A stretch of 64,000 nucleotides of DNA from a candidate division WOR-3 bacterium (GTDB taxonomy: Bacteria; Hydrothermota; Tepidihabitantia; Tepidihabitantales; Tepidihabitantaceae), in assembly GCA_037441285.1 (NCBI GenBank), contig JBBISL010000005.1:49054-113053 (forward strand). Reading direction: 5' to 3'. The notes beneath the pieces are model-generated. The model did no database searches. It worked only from the letters and a program-made list of their open reading frames with translations, and was not told the DNA's origin. Below, piece by piece: positions 9,477-19,575 of this stretch (the first letter of the stretch is position 1; every line of letters begins with the position of its first letter). The position numbers were made by a program, and so were the translations under genes.

Positions 9477-10364
9477 ATGAAGAAACTGCTTGCGTTCGTT
9501 ATAATCGGAACCCTGGTCGGCATTGGATTTGCCGGCACCGGCGGTATCGCGGGAAGGGTATTCAATGTCGCTACCGGTCAGCCTGTCGTCAATGCGATTG
9601 TTACCGCTTGCGGCGACAGTACGCCCGCAGGCAGGGCGGTGACCAATGAACAGGGCGAGTACCTGATAGAAGGTTTAGATGCAGGGAGTTATCAGGTGAT
9701 AGCCCGAGCAAGGGGTTTTGTTCCGGCTCACGCTCCGATTCTGGTGGTGGTGCGGGAGGGCAGTATCACCCGGGGTGTTGATTTGCGGTTAAGGCCCTTG
9801 CCCAGACGCACTGGAGCGATTAGCGGTAGAGTTGTAGACCGTGTCACCCGGGAGCCTTTGCGGGGTGCGGTGGTGATTGTGCGCAATCCGTTGGGCACCC
9901 GTCGGGCACGAACCGACCGTAACGGTTACTACATCATTCGCGGATTGGTTCCGGGAAGGTATCAGGTGGCGGCAAAGGCACGGCGCTACTTTGGTGAGGC
10001 GTATCCCCAGCCGGTTGAGGTAATTCAGGGCGTGGTTACAGAATATATAAACTTTGCCCTGCAACCCAAGCCCCGGCGTGGTGGAATTTCCGGTCAGGTG
10101 GTTAATGCGAAGACGGGCAGGCCCATCGCTGGAGTTCTGATTACCGTTCAGGGTTTGCAGGGTAACGGTTTTGCCCGGACCGATGGCCATGGGTTTTACC
10201 GGATTGTGGGTCTTGAGCCCGGTCGGTATACGGTTTCGGCGACTAAGCCCGGTTATCAGGCGGCGACATATCCCGAGCCGGTTGAGGTCAATCCCGGTGA
10301 GTTAACCCGGGGCATTGACTTCCGGCTGCGACCGTTGCGTGATAATCAGATTGACAGCGACTGA
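9477..10364 (+). CDS. Secreted protein with three carboxypeptidase-regulatory-like (CnaB/transthyretin-like) domains
   Basis: Signal peptide; three repeats G.I.G.V....TG.P..GA...TD..G.Y.I.GL.PG.Y.V.A. Confidence 0.85.
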   Translation: MKKLLAFVIIGTLVGIGFAGTGGIAGRVFNVATGQPVVNAIVTACGDSTPAGRAVTNEQGEYLIEGLDAGSYQVIARARGFVPAHAPILVVVREGSITRGVDLRLRPLPRRTGAISGRVVDRVTREPLRGAVVIVRNPLGTRRARTDRNGYYIIRGLVPGRYQVAAKARRYFGEAYPQPVEVIQGVVTEYINFALQPKPRRGGISGQVVNAKTGRPIAGVLITVQGLQGNGFARTDGHGFYRIVGLEPGRYTVSATKPGYQAATYPEPVEVNPGELTRGIDFRLRPLRDNQIDSD

Positions 10365-10384
10365 ACCCGTTCCGGATTTTAATC

Positions 10385-10424
10385 ATTACCCTCTGGTGCG
10401 ATGCCACCAGAGGGTAATCTTTTT
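10385..10424 (+). terminator. Rho-independent terminator
   Basis: ATTACCCTCTGGTG/CACCAGAGGGTAAT stem followed by T-run. Confidence 0.85.
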
Positions 10425-10511
10425 GTTGACAAAATCTCCTACGGTTTTATGCTTTAATGACAAATCGGGTTACATCCCAGGATAATTTTAATAAGTTGCC
10501 AAGGAGGTGTC

Positions 10512-13500
10512 GTGAAAAAAGTTCTGGTTTTACTCTTGCTGGGGTTTTTGCTCGCCGGGGCAGAAGAGGGCGCGCGCTATTTGATTGTTGCCCCGGATTC
10601 GTTCGTTTCTGCCGCTTTTCCCCTTGTCCACTGGAAGACCGCAAAAGGGATGCTCGCAAAGGTTGTGCCGACGAGCGAAACCGGAACCGACACCGCCTCA
10701 ATTCGCAGTTACATTCGCTATGCCTGGAACAACTGGGACATTCCACCCGAATATATTTTGCTTCTGGGTGGTCCGACTCATATCCCGAGCCTCAACTACA
10801 ACAACGACAACTACTACGGCGATATGACCGGCAATTACTTGATGGAAATCCCGGTGGGAAGATTTCCGGCACAGACGGTGCGCGACTGCAGCACATTTGT
10901 TGCCAAGGTCCTGGCGTATGAAAATCCACCGGCGGACATTGATACGCTCTGGTTTTACAAAGGAACAACCGTGGTTCGGGAAGATGTACCCCCGGACTCT
11001 TTTTATCAAAAGGATTCGCGGATTTTACGTCAGTACTGGGTGGCGCGGGGTTTTGCCCTGGCAGAGAGTTTGTGCGACCTTTATGGTGACTCGAGTCGGG
11101 AGGTGAATGCGGCAGCGCACGACGGCAGGCTTTTCATCACCTATCGGGGTTCTGGTGTCAGCACCTGGTACTCGCCTTTCAATGCGGTTGATGCCACTGG
11201 CTGGGGAAATGGTGCGAAAATGCCGGTGGTGGTGAGCGGTACCTGTGCGACGATAACTCTGGCACCGGGTGAGTCGATGTATGGTGACCGGTTTGTGCGT
11301 GCCGGTTCACCAGGGGCGCTGGGCGGTGCAATTGCGTTTTTTGGAACAACCCGTGCGGGAAACCACCTTTCCCGGTACCGGAGCGCCTGTTTTCGGGGGT
11401 TTTTCCATTCGCTTTATGAAGAGGGTGAGTACCGATTGGGAAAGGCGGCGTTGCGCGGTAAGTTCTGGATTGATTCAATTTATGGAGATTCGGTGCGCTA
11501 TCTTGAATGGAACCTGTTGGGCGACCCGGAACTCAATGTCTGGACCGGACCGGTAAAAACCTTACAGGTGGCGCACGATTCGGTTGTCCTGCGAAAGCCC
11601 CAGAACTTTGTCGTGACAGTGCGGGCGGGTGGTGTACCGGTGCCGAATGCGGTGGTCTGTGTCTCAATGGATTCAACCGTTTATGAGTACACGAGCACAA
11701 ACAGCCAGGGTCAGGCGATTTTTGAAATCAATCCGGTCAACACCGGCTCACTTCAGATTGTGGTTACGGGTAAAGACCTAAGACCCTATATCGGGAGTTG
11801 CGAGGTTATCGCAAAGGATGTTGCGTGCACAGCGATTCTGGCGCCGGCTGGAGTGGTAGATTCGGGGATGGGTGTGACACCGGTGGTGAAACTTTTCAAC
11901 TACGGCAGCAGGATGGAGAGTTATCCGGTGCGGCTCAGAATCGGCACAAATTACTGTCAGGTGGAAACGGTCTATTTTCATCAGCCCACCACCGAAAACG
12001 AGTTGATTTTCCCGCGCTGGTATGCCCGGGAAAGGGGCAGTCTGGTGGTCAGTTGTTCAACCGAACTGATGAACGATGTTGTGCCGGAAAATGACCGGGA
12101 TACCGGTGCGGTTTTTGTCCGGGTGCGCGATGTCGCAGTGTCAAGGATTGTGGTGCCGGTGGACCGGTATCCAGCAGGAAGTGTGATTACGCCGGTGGTC
12201 GCAGCCCAGAACCCGGGCAATGTGAATGCGACATATCAGATGTGGTTGACGATTACCAACGCTCAGGGGCAACCGGTTTACACCGCTCAACAGAATGTTG
12301 TGAACCAGCCCCCAGGCGATTCGGAACTGTTTGTTACATTTGCGCCCTGTTCCTTGAACACCGGTGGCAAATGGGCGGTGCGGTGCAGCGTCTATTATCC
12401 ATTTGACCAGGTGCCGGCAAACAACATCAAAACCGGTGAGTTCTGGGTGACGCCGGTATGGCAGGCAGGCTGGCACGAGGTGGTGGCGATGCCGGCGGCA
12501 CCTTCAGGCGCAGCGGTCAAAGATGGGGGCTGGATTGCGGCAGATGAGAATTCGGGTGTGATTTATGCGGGTAAAGGCAACAAAACAGGCGACTTTTATG
12601 CCTATGAGCCGTTTACCGACACCTGGCGTATCCTATCGCCGATTTTGCCGGGAAGAGAGGAACGGTTGCCGAAAAAAGGTGCGCGGGGTGTTGCCGATGG
12701 TGCGGGAAGGGTGTATTTAGTTAAAGGGAATAATAGCCGGGGTTTCTGGTGCTACCACGCAACCGAAGACCGGTGGGAACAGTTATCTGATATTCCGCTG
12801 GGTAATAGCGGCAAAGCGGTGAAGGGCGGGGGCGATATGTTGTATCTATTGAAAAACGACACCGGCTATCTGTACCTGTTAAAAGGTTATTACAGCGATT
12901 TCCTGTGTTACAACACCGCAACCGGTGAGTGGCGTGTGCTCCCGGATGCGCCGACGGGAAAGTGGAAAGAGGGTTCCTGGCTGGTTTACGACGGCGCTAA
13001 TAACATCTATGCCCATCGGGCAAACAGCGAAGAGTTGTGGGTGTTTGAGATCGAGAGCAACCGCTGGAGCACAACACCCCTGCCGGGCATTCCGCGGCAG
13101 AGCACGCGGACCGGTAAGAGTAAAAAGTCCAAGGATGGAAGTGCGGCGGCGTATTACGACGGTTGTATTTATGCCCTGAAAGGTGGCAATACCGCGGAGT
13201 TCTGGTGCTATCGGACCACGGAAGCCCGCTGGGAGGAACTTGACACCATTCCCCAGCAGGGTTCTACCGGTAAAAAGAAACGGGTGAAAGCCGGCGGTGA
13301 TATCGCCCATTTTGGCGGCGGCGTGTTTTTTGCCCTGAAGGGCAACAAGACCCGGGAACTGTGGCGCTATGTACCAGCAATGGGTTTGGCTTCAGGACCC
13401 ACAATGCCGCGCTCCGGAGTTAGGGGCGAAGCGAGTGACGAAAAGGGGGTTAAGTCAATGCCGACGGTGTCAAGTGTGGCGATGCTCGAGAGATATCGGA

Positions 13501-13706
13501 CCGAACTGGCAAGCGAGAGCGGTGCAAAAGGCGTCCGGGTCTGGATAGTGGACATTACGGGTCGGGTGGTGGCAGAGATGCATTCAATAAATTCCGGTAA
13601 GGCAGAAAAGAGCCCGATTGGCAGTTTAGCACCCGGTGTTTACTTCTTGCAACTGGAAACCGATGCCGGTTATCGCGGGGTAAAGAAGATAACGGTGGTG
13701 CGGTGA
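10512..13706 (+). CDS. C25 (gingipain-like) peptidase domain + Ig/CARDB domains + Kelch propeller + T9SS-like C-terminal tail
   Basis: YLIVAP, YILLLG, IPVGRFP, WNLLGDPEL; Kelch-like YALKGxNT.EFW repeats; tail DITGRVV..LAPGVYFL..KKITVVR. Confidence 0.85.
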   Translation: MKKVLVLLLLGFLLAGAEEGARYLIVAPDSFVSAAFPLVHWKTAKGMLAKVVPTSETGTDTASIRSYIRYAWNNWDIPPEYILLLGGPTHIPSLNYNNDNYYGDMTGNYLMEIPVGRFPAQTVRDCSTFVAKVLAYENPPADIDTLWFYKGTTVVREDVPPDSFYQKDSRILRQYWVARGFALAESLCDLYGDSSREVNAAAHDGRLFITYRGSGVSTWYSPFNAVDATGWGNGAKMPVVVSGTCATITLAPGESMYGDRFVRAGSPGALGGAIAFFGTTRAGNHLSRYRSACFRGFFHSLYEEGEYRLGKAALRGKFWIDSIYGDSVRYLEWNLLGDPELNVWTGPVKTLQVAHDSVVLRKPQNFVVTVRAGGVPVPNAVVCVSMDSTVYEYTSTNSQGQAIFEINPVNTGSLQIVVTGKDLRPYIGSCEVIAKDVACTAILAPAGVVDSGMGVTPVVKLFNYGSRMESYPVRLRIGTNYCQVETVYFHQPTTENELIFPRWYARERGSLVVSCSTELMNDVVPENDRDTGAVFVRVRDVAVSRIVVPVDRYPAGSVITPVVAAQNPGNVNATYQMWLTITNAQGQPVYTAQQNVVNQPPGDSELFVTFAPCSLNTGGKWAVRCSVYYPFDQVPANNIKTGEFWVTPVWQAGWHEVVAMPAAPSGAAVKDGGWIAADENSGVIYAGKGNKTGDFYAYEPFTDTWRILSPILPGREERLPKKGARGVADGAGRVYLVKGNNSRGFWCYHATEDRWEQLSDIPLGNSGKAVKGGGDMLYLLKNDTGYLYLLKGYYSDFLCYNTATGEWRVLPDAPTGKWKEGSWLVYDGANNIYAHRANSEELWVFEIESNRWSTTPLPGIPRQSTRTGKSKKSKDGSAAAYYDGCIYALKGGNTAEFWCYRTTEARWEELDTIPQQGSTGKKKRVKAGGDIAHFGGGVFFALKGNKTRELWRYVPAMGLASGPTMPRSGVRGEASDEKGVKSMPTVSSVAMLERYRTELASESGAKGVRVWIVDITGRVVAEMHSINSGKAEKSPIGSLAPGVYFLQLETDAGYRGVKKITVVR

Positions 13707-13737
13707 TAAAAGCGGTGCAGTAAAGGAAGTATTTCAG

Positions 13738-15006
13738 GTGCGGCGGTTCACCATTTATGCGCTGGTATTGACGGTGCTGGTGATTGCGGTTTTCAATGTC
13801 CACAGCTGGCTGGTGCTGTCGCGGAGTCGGGCGGCGCTCGAAGAGGAGTTAGGGAACCGGCTGGAAACGGTGGCAAAGACGATTGCCACGCAGTTGCGAA
13901 CCCGGGAGTTGACACCGGAGCAGGTGCGGGCGCTGAATGAGACGATGAACGAAGCGGACCTGTTCAACATCTTTCTGGTTGACGAGAGTCTGCGCTATGT
14001 GTTTAATGTGCGGGAGCCCGCAGTGGCGGGCAAAACCGACCCGATGCTGGAACTGGATGCAACCGAAATCTTATCCGCTTTCAGCGGGATGCCAAGCCGG
14101 ACCCGGCTGTTCGCAGCCGGACCTTACTATCTAAAAACCGCCTATGCGCCGGTTTACCGTGCCGGCGGTACGATTGATGGCGTGCTCGGGGTTGAGGCGG
14201 ATGCGCGGTTTTTCCGCAGTCTGACCCTTTACCGCAATTCGCTTTTGTTTGTCAACGGGTTGAGTCTGATAGCACTGGTGGCGCTGGTTCTGGCGCTGCT
14301 GAGCATTGCCCGGCACGCCCTGAAACTGGAGCAGGCAGCGGCGCGCGCCAGCACATTCGCCCTGCTCGGTGAAATGGCGGCAGCGCTGGCGCACGAAATC
14401 CGGAACCCGCTTGCCACCATCCTTGCCACAACCGAGCGGCTGAAGATTCGGTACGGAGCAGAAAACGACCCGACATTTGATTACATCCGGGAGGAGGTGG
14501 AACGGCTCAATCGGACACTGACCAACTATTTGAGCATCGGCTCGGGCAAGCCCGGTGCGATGGAAGAGGTGGACCTGGGCGCACTGATTGGTCAGGTTCT
14601 CACCCGAATGGAGGAGGAGTTGAACCGCAACGGGATACGGATTGAAAATCGGCTGGAACAGTTGCCCAAAGTCCGGGGTTCGGAGTTGCAGTTGCGCCAG
14701 GTGTTTATGAACCTGTTTCTCAATGCGCTGCAGGCACAACCGCAGGGCGGGTTGTTGAGGATTGAGGCAAAAACCGCGGAGAAAGGCGGCAGGCGCTGGT
14801 TGGTGGTGCAGGTTACCGACCATGGTTCGGGTATACCAAGAGAGTACCAGAGCCGCGTGTTTGAGCCGTTCTTCACGACCAAAGAGAAGGGGAGCGGACT
14901 CGGGCTGTTTGTGGTGCGGCGGATTGTTGAGTTGCATCAGGGTGAAGTGCGGCTGCGCAGTGCGCCGGACAGCGGTACAACGGTGGAGGTGTGGTTGCCG
15001 GTATGA
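13738..15006 (+). CDS. Sensor histidine kinase (NtrB/ZraS-like)
   Basis: Two TM segments; LAHEIRNPL H-box; N, D, F (FEPFFTTK) and G boxes. Confidence 0.95.
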   Translation: MRRFTIYALVLTVLVIAVFNVHSWLVLSRSRAALEEELGNRLETVAKTIATQLRTRELTPEQVRALNETMNEADLFNIFLVDESLRYVFNVREPAVAGKTDPMLELDATEILSAFSGMPSRTRLFAAGPYYLKTAYAPVYRAGGTIDGVLGVEADARFFRSLTLYRNSLLFVNGLSLIALVALVLALLSIARHALKLEQAAARASTFALLGEMAAALAHEIRNPLATILATTERLKIRYGAENDPTFDYIREEVERLNRTLTNYLSIGSGKPGAMEEVDLGALIGQVLTRMEEELNRNGIRIENRLEQLPKVRGSELQLRQVFMNLFLNALQAQPQGGLLRIEAKTAEKGGRRWLVVQVTDHGSGIPREYQSRVFEPFFTTKEKGSGLGLFVVRRIVELHQGEVRLRSAPDSGTTVEVWLPV

Positions 15007-16337
15007 AGATTTTACTGGTGGACGATGAGCGGCGGTTCTGCGAGATGACCGCGGCAAACCTGCGTGACCTCGGTTATGAGGTGAAGCCGGTTTTCAGTGG
15101 TGAAGAGGCGGTCCGGGTTCTGGAACAGGAGAAGTTTGATGTGGTGATTACCGATTTGAAGATGGTACCGGTGGATGGAATGGCGGTTCTGGCAAAGGCG
15201 AAGAGAATAAATCCCGAAGGCGATGTTGTGGTTATCACCGGTTATGGCACGATTGCGCTGGCGGTGGCGGCGATGAAGCAGGGGGCGTTTGACTTCATCA
15301 CGAAACCGGTGGCGCTCGACCACCTCCAGGCGGTACTGGAAAAGATCAGGGAGCACCAGAAGACCAGAGTTGAGAACCGGCAGTTGAAAGAGGAGTTGAA
15401 ACTGACCAGCCGGTTTGCCGAACTGGTGGGTGATAGTCCGGCAATAGCAAAGGTCAAGGGTTTGATTGCCAAGGTGGCACAGAGTGACGCCACGGTACTC
15501 ATCACCGGTGAAAGCGGCACGGGCAAAGAACTGGTGGCGCGGATGATTCACCGTTTGAGCAACCGGGCGCAAAACCCGTTTGTCGTGATGCATGCCGCGG
15601 CGCTGCCTGAGACCCTGCTGGAGTCGGAGCTTTTTGGCTATGAAAAGGGTGCGTTTACCGGCGCGACGAGCCGAAAATCGGGCCGGCTGGAGCAGGCGCA
15701 GGGTGGAACACTATTTCTGGACGAGATTGGCGAAATCACCTCGTCGTTGCAGGTGAAACTTTTGCGTTTTCTCCAGGACAGAAGTTTTGTTCGGCTGGGC
15801 GGCAGAGAGACGATAACGGTTGATGCCCGAATTGTTGCGGCAACCAACCGCAATTTGCCCGAAGCGGTGCGTGCGGGCAAATTTCGCGAGGACCTTTACT
15901 ACCGGCTCGCGGTGTTTCCAATTCATCTGCCACCTTTGCGTGAGCACAAAGAGGACATTCCGGCGCTTGCCCGGCACATTTTGTCCCGGCTGGGCTATCA
16001 ACAGGAACTTTCCGAGGATGTGGTGCAGACATTGCTAAGTTATGACTGGCCCGGTAATGTGCGGGAACTGGAGAATGTGCTGGAGCGGGCGCTGATTTTG
16101 TCCGAGAAGGGCGAGATAAAACCCCAGTTTATTCAGTTTCCCGAGCCGGTGTTTGCCCGGAAATCGGATTCGGACTCACCCGGTTCCTTATGGGAGATGG
16201 AACGCAAGATGGTTGAAGAGGCGCTGGCGCGGGCAGGCGGCAACAAGTCCAAGGCGGCAAAACTGCTCGGGATTACACGCAGGATGCTCTACACAAAACT
16301 GGCAAAGTTCGGGATTGAGGCACAGGAGAGCGAGTGA
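15003..16337 (+). CDS. Sigma54-dependent response regulator (NtrC/ZraR family)
   Basis: Receiver (VDDE, TDLKM), GESGTGKE, GAFTGA, LFLDEIG, WPGNVRELEN, Fis HTH; ATG15003 overlaps the kinase stop. Confidence 0.95.
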   Translation: MKILLVDDERRFCEMTAANLRDLGYEVKPVFSGEEAVRVLEQEKFDVVITDLKMVPVDGMAVLAKAKRINPEGDVVVITGYGTIALAVAAMKQGAFDFITKPVALDHLQAVLEKIREHQKTRVENRQLKEELKLTSRFAELVGDSPAIAKVKGLIAKVAQSDATVLITGESGTGKELVARMIHRLSNRAQNPFVVMHAAALPETLLESELFGYEKGAFTGATSRKSGRLEQAQGGTLFLDEIGEITSSLQVKLLRFLQDRSFVRLGGRETITVDARIVAATNRNLPEAVRAGKFREDLYYRLAVFPIHLPPLREHKEDIPALARHILSRLGYQQELSEDVVQTLLSYDWPGNVRELENVLERALILSEKGEIKPQFIQFPEPVFARKSDSDSPGSLWEMERKMVEEALARAGGNKSKAAKLLGITRRMLYTKLAKFGIEAQESE

Positions 16338-16424
16338 ACATTTTGAGCCATAAAGGTTCGAAAATGTTCAGTTTGTTGAACCGTCCGAAATGGTTAAGTT
16401 ACATATTTTCAATGTGTTTGGATT

Positions 16425-16441
16425 CTGGCACATGGGTTGCT
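16425..16441 (+). promoter_or_regulatory. sigma54 -24/-12 promoter
   Basis: CTGGCAC-ATGGG-TTGCT matches consensus exactly; inverted repeat TGAACATTTT..AAAATGTTCA at 16335-16370 is a candidate UAS. Confidence 0.8.
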
Positions 16442-16463
16442 TTTGATTAAGGCAGAGGTGGAT

Positions 16464-17480
16464 ATGAAAAGGTTTACGCTACTGATTCTGGTCCTACTGG
16501 GCACGGTTCTTGCCCAGAGTCCGGACAAGGTTCGTGCGGAACTGCAGCGGACCGACGAGGTTATTGAACGGGCACGAGTTGTGGTTGAGCCGTCCGGTAA
16601 TGAGGAAGCCCGGACCGTGCTGAGAAGCGCAGTTGAGATTCAGAACAGCGCCTGGGAGGGGTATCGAGGTCGGCGTTATCGCTGGGCGTTGAGCCGAACC
16701 CTGGCGGCAAGGCAGCGCGCGTGGCAGGCGCTTGATATGGTGGTGAACAACCCGGAGCGGGTCCGGCAGGAGATAGAGCGGACCGCACAGTTGATGCAGG
16801 AGGCAGAGCCGCTGGTCAATCGGATTGAGGACCAGCGGGCGCAGGATTTGTGGCAGATGGCACGTTCGGAGCAGGCAGCGGCGGAAGACAACTATCGTGC
16901 CCGGCGCTACCGGATGGCGCTGCGGTTCACAATCACCGCGCGCGAGCACATCGGGGCGGCGCTCAAACTGCTCCGGCAGGTACTGGCACCGGAAAGGGTG
17001 GAACTGGAACTGGAGCGGACCGAACGGGTTCAGGAACGGGCAAAGGGCCCGATTCAGGCGGCAAAGAATGTTCGGGCACAGGAGATGTTCCAGCGCGCCC
17101 TGGAGTGGCAGGTTCAGGCACGCAATCGGTTTCGGGAGCGGTTTTTCGGCAGGGCGCTGCGGTTGACCCTGGCGAGCCGGGATTTGACTTTGCGTGCCTG
17201 GGTATTGGTCAACAAGGATGTCAGCCCGGAACTTCTTGAGACTACGCTCAGTGAGACCGAGCGGTTGTTTGATTTGTGGTCTGAACAACTGGAGAAGGAG
17301 AAAAGCGGTGAAGCCCGGAGGTTGCTCTCTGAGGCGCGCAACCACCAGCAGACCGCCCGTGAACTGCAAAAGGCAGGAAAGTTAGCCGCGGCATTGCAGG
17401 AGGCGACGCAGGCACAGCGGTTGATGAACCGGGCGCTTGAGGTTTTGGAAAGCGGAACACCTGCGCCCGATTCGGAATGA
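16464..17480 (+). CDS. Secreted alpha-helical protein with four ~77-aa repeats
   Basis: GAGGTG RBS, ATG16464, signal peptide; repeats start PDKVRAELQRT/PERVRQEIERT/PERVELELERT/PELLETTLSET. Confidence 0.75.
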   Translation: MKRFTLLILVLLGTVLAQSPDKVRAELQRTDEVIERARVVVEPSGNEEARTVLRSAVEIQNSAWEGYRGRRYRWALSRTLAARQRAWQALDMVVNNPERVRQEIERTAQLMQEAEPLVNRIEDQRAQDLWQMARSEQAAAEDNYRARRYRMALRFTITAREHIGAALKLLRQVLAPERVELELERTERVQERAKGPIQAAKNVRAQEMFQRALEWQVQARNRFRERFFGRALRLTLASRDLTLRAWVLVNKDVSPELLETTLSETERLFDLWSEQLEKEKSGEARRLLSEARNHQQTARELQKAGKLAAALQEATQAQRLMNRALEVLESGTPAPDSE

Positions 17481-18718
17481 TTTACCTCTGGCTTTTAGTC
17501 GGGAGCCTTAACCCCCGGAATGAAATCGGCGTGAGCGGCGACTACTTCGCCCAGCGCTATGTTGTCATTGACACCGTAACGCGGGACACCAGCGCCCTTG
17601 ACACCGAACTGCGGCTTTTCTGGGACTTCGGGCTGGAACCAAAGAAAACTGAGAAAATGGAGCGGGGCGAATGGAGCGCCGGCAACGGCGTTGCCTTTTC
17701 CACCCGTTCAATTCGCGACCGGCTCAATTTAAGCGGTACCCTACCGGTCAACTCCTGGCTACAACTGCAGGGTAACTATGACGGTGAACTGCGCTACTAC
17801 CACCCGGGTTTTTTACTGAAGACCGATTCGGTCTCTTATGCCTCTTATCTAAACAACAACCTGAGTCTGGGGGTTGATTTCACCTTGGGGTCAGGCTGGA
17901 ACTTCAGTCTCAGTGAAGGGCTGGAACTGCAGCGCTATCTACCCGAAGACAGTTATAACACCAGTTATCTTTTGAATCGGGTTCGGCTCGGTGCCGAGTT
18001 GAAGCCGGATGATGGACTGTTCTTTATTCTGGTCTATGGTAACAATCGGTTGCTCGTGCCGAGCGCCGACACGAACAACTATGCCGAGCACACCGTTTAC
18101 GGTGGGGCCGAGGTTTACACAATGGGCGGCAGCCGGTTCGGGATTGACAACTACTTCACGAGGCGGCGCTATTGGGACCGGTTCCGCTCTTACTGGGAGG
18201 AGCATCCGAATGTGACCTTTACCCAGGATTTGGGCACCGATTGGGCGCTGACGATTGAGGAGGATTTTCGGTTGACGGAGTTTGATGAGACCACCGCGGT
18301 TTATCAAAATCAGGCGGAGAATCAACTCAGGCTGGAAGCGGAGTGGCGGCTGGGTTCGAGTTTTGCCTTACGGTTTGGACCGCAATGGGAGTTGAGCCGG
18401 AATGTCGAGCGTGCGGATGAGCAGGACTACAACGAATGGGCTCTTTCCCTCGGCGGCGAGGTGTTTACGCGGACCGGGCTTAGTCTGACGATTGAAGACC
18501 GGCTGGGCATGCGGCACTACATTGCCGCTGATTCCGGATTTCAGTCCGATTACCGATTCAATGAGTTCAATCTGTATGGCAACTGGCAGTTTCTCACCAC
18601 CCGGCGCGGTGGTCTGGTTCTCGAAGGGATGATAAACATCGCACCGGAGTGGCACCGCGAGGCGATTGACAACCTTGCGGCGTTCAGTTACTCTTTGGGA
18701 CTGAAGTTCCAATTCTGA
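17477..18718 (+). CDS. Putative outer-membrane beta-barrel protein
   Basis: Amphipathic beta strands; C-terminal YSLGLKFQF BAM-type signal. Confidence 0.7.
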   Translation: MIYLWLLVGSLNPRNEIGVSGDYFAQRYVVIDTVTRDTSALDTELRLFWDFGLEPKKTEKMERGEWSAGNGVAFSTRSIRDRLNLSGTLPVNSWLQLQGNYDGELRYYHPGFLLKTDSVSYASYLNNNLSLGVDFTLGSGWNFSLSEGLELQRYLPEDSYNTSYLLNRVRLGAELKPDDGLFFILVYGNNRLLVPSADTNNYAEHTVYGGAEVYTMGGSRFGIDNYFTRRRYWDRFRSYWEEHPNVTFTQDLGTDWALTIEEDFRLTEFDETTAVYQNQAENQLRLEAEWRLGSSFALRFGPQWELSRNVERADEQDYNEWALSLGGEVFTRTGLSLTIEDRLGMRHYIAADSGFQSDYRFNEFNLYGNWQFLTTRRGGLVLEGMINIAPEWHREAIDNLAAFSYSLGLKFQF

Positions 18719-18792
18719 ACAAGGCGGTTTAGCACCGGCAGCGGATTGGTGACTGTGTTGACAGGGGAGACCTTTCGGCTAAATTTTGAGTA

Positions 18793-19575
18793 ATGGCGCG
18801 CCGGATTGCCATCTGTAATCAAAAAGGCGGCGTGGGCAAAACCACGACCGCGGTTAATCTGGCGGCGGCGCTTGCCCTGCGGAAGCCGCACACCCTTTTG
18901 GTTGATATGGACCCGCAGGCACACGCCACAATTGGGCTGGGGGTGGACCGCAGCAAGGTTCAGGTATCGGTTTACGAAGCTCTGCTGGAAGCCCAGCGCG
19001 TTGACGATGCGATTGTCCATAACCCGTTTCCCGGGATGGATTTACTGCCGGCGACCATCAACCTTGCCGGTGCCGAGGTGGAACTGGTGGATGCGGAACA
19101 GCGCGAGTTTCGGTTGAGTCGGGCGCTCGGCTTAATTGAACCCAAGTACTCGTTTATCATCATTGACTGCCCGCCTTCCCTTTTGCTCTTGACCATCAAC
19201 AGTTTGACCGCAGCGCGCGGGGTGATTATCCCGGTCCAGGCGGAGTACTACGCCCTCGAAGGGATGTCAAGACTTTTAGAGACGCTCAATTTGGTGCGCA
19301 CCAGTCTCAACCCCCTACTCGAGATTGAGGGGGTGCTCTTGACGATGTTTTCCAGCCGGCTCAACCTCTGTCAGCAGGTGGAGAAGGAGGTGCGGGAGTT
19401 TTTCAAGGAGCAGGTGTTTGACACGGTGATACCGCGCAGTGTCCGACTTGCCGAAGCGCCCAGTTTTGGCAAGCCCATCTTCGCCTACGACGGGCAGTCG
19501 GCTGGTGCCCAGTCCTATCTGGCGCTGGCGGATGAACTGCTTGCCCGCTACGAGAAGAAAGAGGAGGAAAAATGA
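18793..19575 (+). CDS. parA: Chromosome partitioning ATPase ParA/Soj
   Basis: NQKGGVGKTT, DMDPQAHAT, IDCPPS, PVQAEYYALEG; leaderless promoter at 18758-18785. Confidence 0.95.
   Translation: MARRIAICNQKGGVGKTTTAVNLAAALALRKPHTLLVDMDPQAHATIGLGVDRSKVQVSVYEALLEAQRVDDAIVHNPFPGMDLLPATINLAGAEVELVDAEQREFRLSRALGLIEPKYSFIIIDCPPSLLLLTINSLTAARGVIIPVQAEYYALEGMSRLLETLNLVRTSLNPLLEIEGVLLTMFSSRLNLCQQVEKEVREFFKEQVFDTVIPRSVRLAEAPSFGKPIFAYDGQSAGAQSYLALADELLARYEKKEEEK

Noticed and set aside
14131..17369. Long antisense ORFs 14131-15057 and 16494-17369
   Set aside because: Shadows of well-supported plus-strand genes; no motifs
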